Source of the DNA: Takakia lepidozioides
Taxonomy: Eukaryota > Plantae > Bryophyta
Assembly (NCBI GenBank): GCA_030704615.1
Contig: CM060734.1
Span: 3,968,001 to 4,032,000 of the forward strand
DNA length: 64,000 nucleotides
Direction of reading: 5' to 3'
In this document: positions 13,682 through 26,629 of the stretch, piece after piece
How the letters are laid out: each line of letters begins with the position of its first letter
How positions within the stretch are numbered: the first letter of the stretch is position 1
Made by a program: the position numbers and the translations under genes
Notes under the pieces: generated by a model
Database searches by the model: none
Told to the model about the DNA's origin: nothing
Seen by the model: the letters and a program-made list of their open reading frames with translations, nothing else

Positions 13682-14039
13682 TCATCGTGTAACGTGTTCA
13701 TCACGCCAGCGGTGGATGAACCGATACGTCTTTCTCATCCAGGGGGTATAGTTTGAAATCTGCCACCGAAGTCCATCCCCCGGATGGAAATTCGGCGCCG
13801 CATTTACATTGAAGGGGGGATGGACTTCGTCGTCTCGAGTTGCTATAGGCCCACCTGGCACTTACTGCCCATAGTTTGCATGGCAGGGAAGGAAACTGAA
13901 ATGGCTACATTCATGGATGAGCCAATCTTCATCCGTGCAGGTTCCTGTCGGGGGGAAATTTAAATGTGCCCTGGAGTGTTTGTGAGGAATTGCAGCGTTT
14001 GCTTGAATTTCTTCCAGCCACCGCGCTGCTGCCTCCTCC

Positions 14040-15139
14040 ATCCGGGAGCTGCTGTCATTGAGCGTACTTTGCTACTCTTTTTCAGGGATGTCGTGCCGAC
14101 GAAATCCTGCTTACTGCCCTTATCATGGCCACGATTATGCTATGTTCAAACCAGAATCAGGAGACATCATTGTCTGGCTCTCTGTTTTCAGGCTTTGTTT
14201 GAGGAAGTGACAGATGGAAACTCGAAGATGACATTGCCATCGACTTTGGGAGGCAGATACGTTACCTTCCTGACCGGAAATTTGGCATAGTCGAGAGCAG
14301 CCAGCTTGGAGCGAGAACCATCGAGGTGATGTTGCCGTGGGAGCTGCACAATGGACCGGGTTGGAGTTATGCTCGAGAGTACTTGCGTAGCACCTGCAGA
14401 GACGTCCATGTCGGATTTGAACGACCGTGTGGAGGACATGGGGACCTCAATGCACTCATCTTCATCGTCGGAAATGTCGAATACGTCCACACGAGAAGCT
14501 ATGGAGGGTCTTGACGGTCCAGGTCGGGAATGATTATCGTTGCATACCTCTCTGTCGGCAGTGGCCGCCTGTCGGTTTCCGGACTCCTTTGTGGATGGTG
14601 TGGGCAGCGACTGATTCGGAAAGGGAATGGGCATTCCCACAACTCGGTATAGGATGGTGTCTGATGACGCTTCTGGAATCAAGCGGGAGTCTTTGTGCGC
14701 AATGGAGTATCTGGAGGGCTATTACCGCTTTGAGCGAGGTGAGGGCGAGGGTCAATGCGGTCCTTGGGTCCTGAAAATTGTTGACCTCGATATACCAAGG
14801 TGGAATGGGATGCCGGACAGATCACGCACGGTCTCACTTTGGCGCTGGAACTGCTGCCAGTGGACCAGGGAGGACGGCACCGGGGAAAACTATATTCGTG
14901 GAGTTCACTCCGCTTTCCCAGTGTATGGAGACATTCGGCTGAGTTGCGAAGACGAATCGCACGGGCACAGGAGGCCCACAGTGACCTTGTCAATGTATGA
15001 TGGTGGTATGATTGATGGGCATGACATTGTCGTCAGCTCCACCAAGGGCACCAGATCGACCGCATTGCAGTTTACCTCGAGGTGCCGCATCAGTAATGAG
15101 CTTGTTTTGAGGGCTATCGAAGTTCCGTCGACTTGGTGA
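14040..15139 (+). pseudogene. Unknown cargo gene X' (divergent paralog of X), interrupted by a ~470-bp insert
   Basis: MSCRRNPAYCPYHGHDYAMFKPESGDIIVW (14088-14177) plus ORF 14627-15139 (RWNCCQWT, YGDIR, DGGMIDG) align with gene X. Confidence 0.75.
14188..14655 (-). pseudogene. Antisense coding fragment inside X', possibly an N-terminal piece of a MULE transposase
   Basis: LDYAKFPVRKVTYLPPKVDGNVIFEFP; family assignment is from recall and not verified. Confidence 0.35.
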
Positions 15140-15409
15140 CGCCCATGTAGAAAGAGGAAGGGCTTAGATTTGTCCGGAGTTGCTAAATGTGAGACACCGT
15201 GTTCGATCAATAAAACAACCCATCGTACCTCACTTCTGTGTGCTTGTGTTTCATCGTGTTCAAGAACTGCCGTAATTGGCCCACTGTTTACAATTTGAGG
15301 TCTCGTTTGTACAATGTGTCTGTCCATATGACTATACCAGAGTCAGCGATATCAGAGTCCTGAGGTGAAGAAAATCCATGTATGAGTTGTAGGAAACATG
15401 TACACGCCG

Positions 15410-16460
15410 AAGCTCGGAAATTCGGCACCGCAATTCATTTTTCTCCAGGCAGCGATTTCTGGCAGCTCCCTTTCCTCCGTTGTCGTCGTAACGGAAATGT
15501 TGTACATCATTTCATTTCCTGACATGGCATTACCATACTTCGAATTTGAAATGCGGCGCCGCATTTCCATATTGGACCTTGAATTGTCCAAGCATGTCCA
15601 GTCGCTAATGCTTGTCCATGTCCATACTTGAAATGCGGCACCGCATTTCCATGTCCGTCATCGAAATTTTGTACCGGACAATGAAATGCGGCACAGCATT
15701 TCCGGAGAGCACAATGGAATGCGGTGCCGCAATTCCGTCGAAGGGTCTGGAATTGGACAAACAACGATGGAAGTTCTGGAAATGCGGCACCGCATTTCCA
15801 TGTTTGTCATCAAAATATCGAATCGGACAATGGAATGCAGTGCCGCATTTCCGTCCATCAAGACGGAATGCCCACACGGGTCTGGAATTGGACAAACAAC
15901 GATGTCTGTTTTTGAAATGCGGCGCCGCATTTTCATGTTGGGCAATCGAAAGTTTTTATAGGACAATGTAAGTTTTTATAGGATGATGGAATGCGGTGCC
16001 GCATTTCCGTCAAAGGGTCTGGAATTGGGCAAACAACGATGTCCGTTTTGGAAATGCGGCGCCGCATTTCCATGTACGTCATCGAAATTTCTTATTGGAC
16101 AATGGAATGCGGTGCCGCATTCCCGTCTAGCATCATGGAATGGGGAGCCCAAGAACGTCGATGGGTCTGCAGTTGGAAAAATGTCCATCTCCAAAAGGTA
16201 AATGCGGCACCGCATTTCCATGTTCGACCTCCGCCTTTCGATTTACATCCATGGAAGGAGCTGGCAATCGGCAAAACTTCCGTGTCGGAAACGGAAATGC
16301 GGCACCGCATTTCCGTTTGTCCGAACAGTTTCTGATGTCCAAACCATGAAACAGAAAATTGTTCTTGCCCCGGTTTTGGAAATGCGGTGCCGCATTTCCA
16401 AACGAGGTTTTTGCAGTTGCCACATTTCCGTTCAGACATTGAAATGCGGTGCCGCATTGC
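15410..16460. repeat. Array of ~15 palindromes GGAAATGCGG(C/T)(G/A)CCGCATTTCC with semi-repetitive spacers
   Basis: Counted directly. Confidence 0.9.
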
Positions 16461-19400
16461 AGATTTTGGGAGGGACCAGGTTTGGACGATGTTGTCGTTG
16501 AGAGGCAAATGGGAGAGGGGACATGAAGGACGGGGAGAATTTCCTTTATATACTTTGGAATAGAATTTAAATGTACAGAGAGTTCATTAAATTTCTATTA
16601 ATCTTGAAAATCATCACTATCGTCGTCCTGTCCTTGACTTTCCTGCTACGCCTCCACCCCGTCGTTGCCTTTCTCATCTCCAGCGGACTGCTCGTTGGCC
16701 AGGCTTTCGAAAATCCCATCTTCACCTTGCGGAACCGACCATCTCACCTCCATTGGCTCGTCGTCCTCCCTGTCTGCATCGCTCTCATCCGCTGAATCAC
16801 ATATGAACTTTCGCACCCGTCTACATGTCTTAGCTGTTGCCAACTCTTTCCTTATCCTTCTGTCCTCCCTAGCCCTCTCCAAAATCTGCTCTACTTTACT
16901 GGGATTCTCACATCGTCTAATCGTTGTATTTGCGAGTTTAGCTGCATAACTAGGAAGGGAGTAGTCCTTCACCGGGCTCGTCATGAAGTCAGCCCTCGCA
17001 AAGAACGGGACATTCTTCCTGGCAGGAAGTGTAGGCCCTACATGTTTCGACCCGGATCCTGGAATCCTGCACATAACAATCACCAACGAGACCAATGAGA
17101 ACCACAGTCCGGAAATGCGTTTGACAAAAAATCACCCAGAAGGCTTTGCAAACTTACAATGTTTGCACTCACTCGTATTGCGGGTTCTCCTCGGCATCAA
17201 TATCCACTGTCTCTTCCTCTGACTCCGACAAATCCGAGGAGTCCTTGGCTTCGATGGGAGCCTTCACATTCTGTTGCAGCCCTTCCAGATGGGATCCCCA
17301 GACGGATGTGTCCTCCTTGTAGGCAAAGAGGTGCCGGTCGGAAAACCGCCCAGCCCACATTGAGGCACCTGTTACAATGCCATCCACACATTATGACATG
17401 GCCCTTCAGATGTTGTGAATGAAAGCATAACGAGAGTTTGCAGAATAGCATACAACAAGATTCTGCATACCTCTCCCACAGATGAGGTCGAGCACTGTGC
17501 CCTCCACGTCAGTGCATGTCTCCATAATTGTCTGAATGAAGGCAGGGCTCCGAGTGCGTGAATACCGCAGGGGTTCAGTTGAAGTGAGGCTATGAGGGAG
17601 AAGTTCCGTGGGAACGTTGTTGAACAGGACGTCGTAATCGATGGGGTCGCAGTTCGGGTCAACCAACAATCCCTCCTTCTGGAAAGCAAAGGTCGAGTTC
17701 TCCTTCACAAAGCAGTATGCATCGAACTGCTTCGTCTGCATACACAGTGGGGAACGATTAGAAATCGAATGCGGCACCGCATTTCAAAACTCCTAAGAAA
17801 ATGAAAGGACGAGTGCCAAGGTCATAATTACCTTCTTCCCTTCCGACCGAAGGCCCAATGTGTTGATGCACGTCCACTTCTTCTTCAGAATTGGGACGGC
17901 GCTCTTGCGGGTCCACTTCGCAATTCCTGTCTGCGTGTTTTTGCCTCTGCTCGCCAGGACAACCACACAGCCTCTGTCGTCCAACACCATGCGGGCGAGC
18001 CCGAATCCTTTCTTCCAAAAGTCCTCGGAGTACCTGTTCCAAGATGGCAAAGCTTGCAGTCCTTCCACAGGCTCTCCGTCCGGAATATCCAAGATGATCA
18101 TATCGCAAGACCACTCGGTGGCATTTCCGCCCCTCCTGCAATCCTTGTCTGCACACACCCTCTCAAAGAACGAGACCATCTTCAGAAACCCAGGGGTGTC
18201 GGAAGGCTCTTCGGCAGCCGCCTTCTTCAGTGCTCTGCCCTTCAGACCCTCCATGGTCTTCATGTATGCCAACTTGGCTGCCCGTCCATCCAAAGCCGCC
18301 AAGAAACTCTCATTCACACACTGGACTACTGTATCGGGATCCACTTTCGGCCTCTTCATTTCCACCGGCTCGAAAGGGTGCCCCCCGGGGGGTTGAAGAG
18401 TGCCTTCTTTGCCGAGCCAGTTCTCGTCCCTCTCGTGACAACCGTGGGCACAGGGGATTTCGGCTGCGTCTCGGGGGGTGGGCTGGTTGCAAAGTCTCCA
18501 TCGGAGTCCTCTTCCTCACCCTCTACCTGCACTATCTGTTTCTGCTTCTTTGTTTTCTTGGGTGTCACAACTGCTGCTCCTTGCTGGCGAGTCCGCTTCT
18601 TGGACCCCTTCTGTTGAGCCTGCACAGCTGCATCCACCGTCTTCTGTGCCATCTCAGCTGCCTTTCTGGATTGTTCCAGAGCAGTAGCTTCCTTTGCCGA
18701 CTCTGGCCAAGTAGGGACACGTCTTTCCTTTCTCTTCTCTTCTGCTTTCGCGTGCAGATCTTTCTCAGACTCGTCAACAATTCCGCCAGACATGTCCAGG
18801 TACCACGGGCATCCAACCAGATGCGCGGCATGCCATTGTTTCTGCATCTCGGGTGTGTAGACACAGCTTGGGCCCGCCACGGTCCAAGCCATGAAGAACG
18901 GGGGCTCTTGAGCCAGGGCCCCTCTGAAGAAGCACGTATTTCATATACCTGCAGGGCAGTCAGCATGCGTGAGCAAAAGTTGAGACCAACGTACTCGCAA
19001 AGTGCAACCGAAAACATAAAATGCGAATGCGGTGCCGCATTTCCCAGACAAACCTCATTACCAGGCTTTGCATACAAGGACAGTTGGGCTTCACCTGTAA
19101 ACAATTCGCATTGCAGCTTTTCCCGCTCCCTCCTGATGTGTAAACTCCACGCTCCTTCTTGCTGTTTGCAGCTCCCTGGCGAAGAGGTTGTCCTTGTAAG
19201 CACATCTGAAACGTGTCACGTAGTCTTCCAATGTCTGTGTTCCATCCCATTTGACGTACAAGCCGAACGAATTTGTATGCATTACGACTTGCTCATTTGC
19301 ATTCGTCATTACCTGCGATTCCCACATGCATTGTCACGTAGCAGTTCAGGGAATTCATTTCAGAAAAGCAAATATGGGGAAGTACCTTGAATTACCTGGA

Positions 19401-19897
19401 ACCACCAAGTCATGCGGTTGAGCCACACATCCACTGCAGGGTCGGAAACTTCGAGTGGAAAAGACCACATTGTCCTTATACTCTCCGATGCATTCCAGAT
19501 CGACAACCACCGTGTCTGCCATTTCCGATCCAATGTCAGGAGCAGGAAGAAGAGTGGCTATTGCTAGGAAGGAACTTCAGTGAATTGAAACATCACCTTC
19601 TCTTTCGCTTCAACACATGCCGTTGAGAGGTGATGTAGTTTCTCCAACTGCATGGTCGGCTGCATGACCCGAGAATAGTGTTTTGCAATCTCGGGGATGA
19701 AGTCCTTTCCAAGTGCCGGATCTACAATGGCCACCAGCTTCACAAGCTTTGACTTGTATTTTGTTCTGGACTTGACCCCGGCTTCCTTCAAGTGCTCAGT
19801 CAATGACTGCAACGTTTTGACCTGCCCCTCACTTTCCATGAAGAAGCGTTTGGCATGGGCCAAATCCAGCTTGATGTTTGACTGCCAACAAAAACAT

Positions 19898-20244
19898 TGT
19901 CAAGTTAAATAAGCACAGTGTGAAAACAGCTAGAATAAAACTAGTTATTTGTATTTAACACTTGGATTTAGGTCAAGTGTTAAATCAGGTGTCAAGTTTA
20001 GTTTGACACCTGGTCCGTCTTATCTTCACGAGAGAGGCAGTCGCGCGGCTCATCTTTCTCGAGTTGAGCCTGCGCGACCGAGCTCCTGCATCGTTTAGGA
20101 TTGAGAGTGCTTATGATGGGAGTGTAGGTTGTTGTGGGGTGGAGTCCCCATAGCTTGGGGTGCCCCTGGCTCGACTACTATTTCAAAGAGTGATGGTTTT
20201 GGTTTTCATGCTTTGCATCGTGTGTGTCCTTAGCTTTCTTATCA
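19898..20244 (+). repeat. 5' LTR (lacks the first ~95 bp of the full LTR)
   Basis: Near-identical to 33338-33677; ends CTTATCA. Confidence 0.88.
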
Positions 20245-20260
20245 CTCGAGAAAGATGAGC
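20244..20260 (+). promoter_or_regulatory. Primer-binding site complementary to the element's own LTR (self-priming type)
   Basis: ACTCGAGAAAGATGAGC is the exact reverse complement of 20048-20064; no TGG tRNA-type PBS. Confidence 0.75.
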
Positions 20261-21149
20261 TTGCATCTGTGAGTGCCAGAGGTGAGTTTAGTTTTAGCAC
20301 TTGTGGTTTTTGTTTTGAAAGAGAGAGAGACGGGGGCTCTATGTTGGTTAAAACTTGAGCTGCAGGTTTCTCTGGTAGATTCTAGCCTTGCGATTGATCA
20401 TCAACTTGTCGTTGGTTTTCCTATGCCTGCCCCTAGTTTGCATGTGATCGAAGGCCTTCCTATGTCGGAGGCACCGGTGGTTCTTTACGCATATATCAAG
20501 GGTCTCCACTTCCGAAAGGCAGATGCGCTCTTGTTGGATAAGTGATCCGGCGGCATTAGTTCGTCAGGTTCACAGTGTCATCGGCGACGAGCTTGCCTTA
20601 CGCAGGTGTGGGTTAAAAACAGTGCTATCAGGCCAGTAATCCAGGGAATCAACACACGAAGCTTCTGGACTGTGGCTCTTCTCCTGAGAAGGGGCTGCTG
20701 GGGAAGCCAACGTCATAGCTGAGCGCACATTCCAACTGGGTGCTTGGGTTGAGCCCTCCAGCAACGATGCTGACGAGGATGTACAGGCTAGAATGGGCAG
20801 GGAGCTCCATCGGCTGGTCCTAAGTATAAAGCAAGAAATTGAAGCTGTTTCTTCTTCCCTGCTCTCTTGTTCGCAAAAGCCTGACCTTCATCGTCCCCTA
20901 TGCGCAGATGTGATCACAGAGGCTTGGATACTAAGTATCTGCAGCAGCAATGGATGCCATTAGATTTCCCGTTGCCATGGCCACTGGACGACGAGAGGCC
21001 CTTGCAGCAACTACAGAATCAGACAATGATAATTGTTGGTGACTTTGTCAGCTCCACCAAGCTTGCTAAAGCTCTCCTATGTGCTCTGGCCACCGTTGCT
21101 CCTGTGGAGGTCCATCTGCTGGTTCTAGAGTATCCTCCTGCATGTCCTC

Positions 21150-21845
21150 CGCCCAAATGCCCAGGGTTTATGATATGGTCGTACAATACAGACACTAAGC
21201 TGTAAAACCAGAATGCCTCCTGCTTGTGCTGGATGAACCGCAGCTGCGACGCAGGCCTTGAGACGCTTTGGTCTGCACTGACAGCCCGCAATCGAAGATC
21301 GCTACTGTTTCTCCTTCTGCTCACATGCACGCTCCAGTTCTTGGCTTATAATTGCCCGCTGAGCAACAAGCCTGTCGACGCTAACCTATGTAAGCATGAT
21401 GATGAGCTCAAACCTGCAGGATATCCCGAGAGCGAAGCCTTTGTTGGTTGTCCACAACTGTCACCGGCTTCCACTGCCATTGCAACGATGGTGCGGCCAT
21501 CCTTGCAGCCATTGCCATCGCTGAACAAAACCCAATTCAAAAACAGCCTAACTTACTTCAGATTTGCCTCGATGATCCTACCTTGGTGGTGGTAGATGTT
21601 GGTGGCGGCACGGGATTCGCCACATTGGGGATTGAAAAAACTGTGGATGCCAAGAATGTGAGCATTCTGGATCAATCTCCTCACCAGCTTGCTAAAGCAA
21701 AGGAGAAGGCACCTCTCAAGGAGTGCACGATTAGTGAAGGGGATGCAGAGGACTTGCCGTTCGCGACCGACTACGCGGATCAATATGTGTCTGCATGAAG
21801 CATTGAGTACTGGTCAGATCCACAGCATGGTATCAGGGAGGCAGT
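21150..21845. pseudogene. VTE3: Captured, partly inverted fragments of the plastid MPBQ/MSBQ methyltransferase gene
   Basis: Minus strand: transit peptide plus RFIQHKQEAFWFY..YDHIINPGH; plus strand: VVDVGGGTGFATLGI..DQSPHQLAKAK..EGDAEDLPF..IEYWSDPQHGIREA. Confidence 0.88.
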
Positions 21846-22416
21846 CGAGTTGAAGTGCAGGCTGCCGGTAATCTCCCTCCATGCGAGCTGGAACTTACGG
21901 GAAACGACCTGAGAGTCAGCAATGATCAGTATGTGGGACGGACACCTGAACAAATGCAGCTGAGGGATGACGAAGCGGCAACGCGGTCCATCATGGAGGA
22001 GAAGCCGATCGGAGTCCAACAAATCGAGCTGCTCCGTGGTAATGGCGAGGCGACCCCAAAACAACAGAGAACTACATGAACATGTTCGGAACCTGTAGAT
22101 AACCTGGGAACAGTTTTTAATGGTGAGAACGTTTTGGCGTTAAAAAAAAAAAAAAACCTTTCTTTTGATCTAATTTAAATGATTTAGAGCCAAATTGGTC
22201 ATATCTTTGTCAAATGGACTCTGTTTGACTCAGTTTTTGGGGGAATAGCTGCAGAAAGGGGAAATCTACCTACCTAGACCTGGTTTCTGTTTTTGGGACT
22301 CTGCTAAAAATCTATGGAATTTTTAGAGTGTGAGTGTGCCATAAAAGATCCACAATCCTGTCTCTAGAACCTGTGCTGGTCTATATGAGAGACAAATCTG
22401 TGGATGTACTCCTTGC

Positions 22417-23166
22417 ATGGCTGGGGGAAATGAGGACGTAATTGAAGGGCAGGTCTCTTCTCTTAGCCTGTGCACACAAGGGGACAGGATTTATGTTTCC
22501 CAAGGAACTCAGACTGATTTGAGTGGAGAACAGTTGGACGAGTTGATTGCATACTGGGAGTCAGGCATTAGCAGTAGACAACAGACTGCTGTAGTTGGCA
22601 TTGAGGGCCTCAATATCGCCTTGGACAGTCAGAACTCTGTTGGAGCCAGCAGTTCTGCAGCTGTAGGTGAAATACCAAAGTGGGTGGAAGCTAGGCTTGG
22701 AACACAGCCAAAGACAGCCCCGGGGACCAAGGTGTTCAGCCACAAGGCCGTGGTGTACTGGAGCAGAGGAGCAGGAGCTACACAAGTTTGTGCAATCAGA
22801 CATGGTTGCAGCCGGATACGCTCTGCACAGGGCAACCACGAGCGGGGGTTCATCAGCAATGACATGTTTGTTGTGCGTGAAGGAGATGCAGTCATTCGCA
22901 ATGAGGACACCCGCAACCGTCTCAAAGCTTTCGAGTTGAGAGACTATCAGACCCTACCTTTGTTTTCTTTAGTGTTCAGTGAGCGGGAGATAGGGGAGTA
23001 TTGCTTTGTCTCTACCTGGCAGAAAGAGGAGGAGGGTTGGTTAGAGCGAGCTACTGTAGCTTGGGACAAGGTTAGTGGCAGGTTTCTGGACATAGATATA
23101 CCTCCTACACCTTACCATCATGCAGAGCGAGGCACTTTGAGAGAAGTCTGGCAGTTGATAGCATAG
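22417..23166 (+). CDS. Additional ORF upstream of gag (249 aa, unknown function)
   Basis: Uninterrupted ATG-to-stop ORF inside the element. Confidence 0.55.
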   Translation: MAGGNEDVIEGQVSSLSLCTQGDRIYVSQGTQTDLSGEQLDELIAYWESGISSRQQTAVVGIEGLNIALDSQNSVGASSSAAVGEIPKWVEARLGTQPKTAPGTKVFSHKAVVYWSRGAGATQVCAIRHGCSRIRSAQGNHERGFISNDMFVVREGDAVIRNEDTRNRLKAFELRDYQTLPLFSLVFSEREIGEYCFVSTWQKEEEGWLERATVAWDKVSGRFLDIDIPPTPYHHAERGTLREVWQLIA

Positions 23167-23677
23167 ATCAGGATTAGATCTTGCTTGGTCGGGCTTCTAT
23201 TCTTCCCCTCCATCTCTGTACTATTTTCATTACCTTGTACTTGTAGTTGCCAAAGCCTCTCTTGGTGGAGGCCAGTCAGTCCGGGGTTTTGGGCTGGGAT
23301 ATTCTGCAGGATCAGCGTTGCTGCTGGACTTTGGTGTGGGGGTGTTGATGTTTTGATTTCTTGTGTTTGGATCCCCCCAACACCTGCATGCTTGACTGTG
23401 CGCCATGTTGGTTTTGTGTGGGCGCTTGCTTTCATAGGGATTAGGCCGGATTTGATCACCGGTCAATCCTAGAGTATGCTGTCGGTGGTGAGGCTGGAGT
23501 GATGACCAGCAAGACCACCAGTGTTTCTTCTATGGTGAGGCTGGGTTGATGACCAGCCAACCATAGGAGTTCTTGCGGTGGATGCAGGTGCAGGTGCCCT
23601 GAGCCACTGGGATATGACCCTTAGACTGCAACAGGTGCCCACCCGTGTCACTATTAGATTAGTACTAGAGCCTTATA

Positions 23678-26570
23678 GTGTCACTGGAGGAGGTGCACAT
23701 TGTGAGTGTCATTACGGAGTTACCCAAGGGTTTTGAGGGGAGTACGGCTACAGGCAGTAACAGTGAGAGTGGGTTCACAAGACGAGGTATTCGGTTCAGA
23801 CCACCTTCACCGCCACCCTCAATTACTGTAGAGTCAGACACAGGCTCGGAGGCTTCATCAACAGGTGTGCACTTTCATTCGCCATTGTTGTGGGACGACA
23901 TGGAGGAGATGTATGGAGCTACCAAGGGGCCTCGTAGGTACTCTGGAGCTGTGGGCACAATCGAGTTGGATGACTTTATCCAGGAGTTCGACAGCTGGTG
24001 TGATTTGCAGCAGATGCGCAATCCACATCTATTCACCCCATTCATGGCGTGGAAGGGACTGTTCCAGCATTTGGAAGGCCCGCCTATGGACGATTACCAC
24101 GAGTTCAGGCGAGGACATGAAGCAGAGATTGAGGAGTGGAGGATGTATTGGTCACCTGACTACGTCTCCATTACTCGAGGCATGACGCGACCAGTAGCTG
24201 CATCAGTACCAATAGCTCCCACTGCCAGCACTAGTAGTGGAGCAGGTAGTGCTGGTACTTCTGCAGGTGGTACCAGTTCAGAAGGTGCTACTACTCCTCC
24301 TGCCACAGACTACAACACATGTGCCTAGATTCAACCCGGTGGTGGAGTTCTTCCAGGAGTTGCGGAGGAACTACCAAGGTGTACGGACAGAGAAGCTGCG
24401 AAGTTTGCAAGACTTCCAGCGCAAACCCAGTGAGAGCCTGCGAGAGGCGTACACTCGTATGAGGCGCTTGATAAGTGTGACCCAAGGGGTTACTGAAGCT
24501 CAGGCAATCCAGTTTTGGTATGGAATTCTGGACAAGGAGCTCAAGAGAAGGGTGCGAGATGCAACCCTGTTACAAGCAGCCCAACCCACATTAGCAGATG
24601 TGTTTCTGCTGGCTGAGCGGATTGAGCTCAACATGGTGGAGGAGCGAGTTGTTACAATTGGATTTGGTAAGGACATGCCTGTACGGGGCACAGCTGTCAG
24701 CCCACAAGCACAAGGGACTGCCCAACAGCGTGGTCAGGGGGGCAAGGTTGCCCAGCCCAAGTTCCATGGAGCTTACAGGGGACCTCAGGTGCAGAGGCCC
24801 GTGGCATCTTTTGCAGGCCAACAGCAACCAGGGGTGATATGTTGGACATGTGGAGGACCCCATGTCAAGAGAGATTGCCCAGAGAGTGGCAGAAGGCCGG
24901 CACAAGCACAGCCTGCACAGTTGCAGTGTGGGCATTGTGGCAAGTATGGGCATGGAGATGCCCAGTGTTATGACTTGCATCCTGAGTTGCGCCCAGGCCA
25001 GTTCCAAGGGAACAATGGTGGCCGGGGGCGAGGTGGACCAGCCCAAAGAGGACGAGGTGGTCGGGCACGAGGTGCAGGCCAAGGGCAAGCTCCACATGGC
25101 CAAGGACGCGGAGGTCAAGGTGTTGACCAAGGCATGGCCAATCGGCTTCAGCAGCTAGAGCAGAGGCTCGCTGCCATGGCTATAGCTCAGGCGGTACCGG
25201 CTCCCAGGCGGGATGGTCCACCTCCTGCTCCTGATGGAGGAGATATGGGAGGCATGGGATTCATGTGCGGAGCAGCACTACCACTAGAGCAGGTGGAGTC
25301 TGCTGCAGCCGTGACTCGAGGAGCAACACGAGTTCCTGAGCCACGAGGTGCAGAGGTGGAATTGGATCCACAACGTGGGGAGGCAAGCCGTCAGGCAAGG
25401 CTGCCTCAGTCATTCACCTTGGCGGAGACAGTGTCAACGCCATCCATGGCACCTAGTTCTCGCCCGACTGTTACCGAGGCGGAGGTTACTATGCCATTGG
25501 GGAGAGCTACACGTGCAGCACTGACACCTACTACCAAGGCTAGTGCAGCCGGTGTGTTATTGGGAGCAGCCACCTCTGTGTGTCAAGCCCCACTGTTCTC
25601 GGCGACCATGATTGCGACGCCGGGAGTGAGACCAGCTGCAGTGTTCAGACTAGCAGCAACACTCTGCGAGAGTGGAGAGGTCACTTCATCTTCTGCGGAG
25701 TTAGTGGAAGGTGTAGTGGCAGAGGGATCCTCGGATTTGAGGGTCAAGACTGCCACGGCAGCGCCCTGGCAAGCTGCAGCTGCCAGATTGACGGAGCTGC
25801 CAGCTAGGCCAGCCTTTGAGCGCGCCATGGTGACACCTGGAGTTGTCTTGTTAGACAACCAGGGAGGCATTTTCACTTTGAGTGGACCGGCAGGCAAGAA
25901 GTACCGGCCACTGCGGGTCTTGTTGGACTCAGGAGCTCAGCCACTGATGTTGGGCAGAGCTGCTATTGCAGGTTTGGGCCTCATGGAGGCGGATATGGAG
26001 CCTTGTCCTTTCCAGATACAGACATCTCTGGGAGGATCAGAGCAGGCTCGCGGCATGACACGGCATCAGTTGGCTATTAGACTGCAGCCGGATCATCCTG
26101 TAGATGGCTCAGTGATGCGAGCCAAGGCCATTGTGACAGACGCGGTCTCTTACGATGTCCTTGTTGGTGGGGCAGTGTTATACCCCATGGGCTTCACCCT
26201 GGATTTCTGGGAGGAGTCAGCATCCTACAGGCCTGGATGGCAGTCAGGGGATGGTCGCCGTGCACAGCTCCCTGTGACATTCATTGGGGGTATTGCAGCT
26301 GCTCAGCGGGGCAAGATGCCAACACTAGCCGCCTTCACAGCTGCAGTCAGCTGGCCTGGAGAGTTGCTGGAAGGCAATGCCCATGCAGAGGATGTGCCAC
26401 CTCCAGCAGAGCAGGATGACATGCATGGTACGGCGGAGTTGCCTGCCATGGTTGCTCACACTCCGTTGTGGGGTACGAGCAAGGATTTGCAGCACGCTGC
26501 TGATGGACGGGTGCAACAAGCTTGGGTAGAAGCTTTTGTACCGTCAGAGGAGAGGAGGAGAGTGCGGTGA
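23678..26570 (+). CDS. gag: Gag (two CCHC-type knuckles, RGG tract) plus aspartic protease; frameshift ~24310
   Basis: FQRKPSESLREAYTRM; CWTCGGPHVKRDC; CGHCGKYGHGDAQC; VLLDSGA. Confidence 0.9.
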
Positions 26571-26629
26571 TTGTACCAGGGCCACCTCAGTTGTCGCCAT
26601 TGGACACCACACCTCTTGTGTGGCAGCGA

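Noticed and set aside
15410-16460. CRISPR-like repeat-spacer appearance (also 35480-36327)
   Set aside because: Eukaryotic context, no cas genes, spacers related to one another in higher-order units, and repeats degenerate
18230-19390. 386-aa plus-strand ORF (also 34644-35636)
   Set aside because: Antisense shadow of the spliced minus-strand gene, with no motifs
21448-21798. A third TE-encoded functional methyltransferase
   Set aside because: Truncated, rearranged VTE3 pseudogene fragment with a stop
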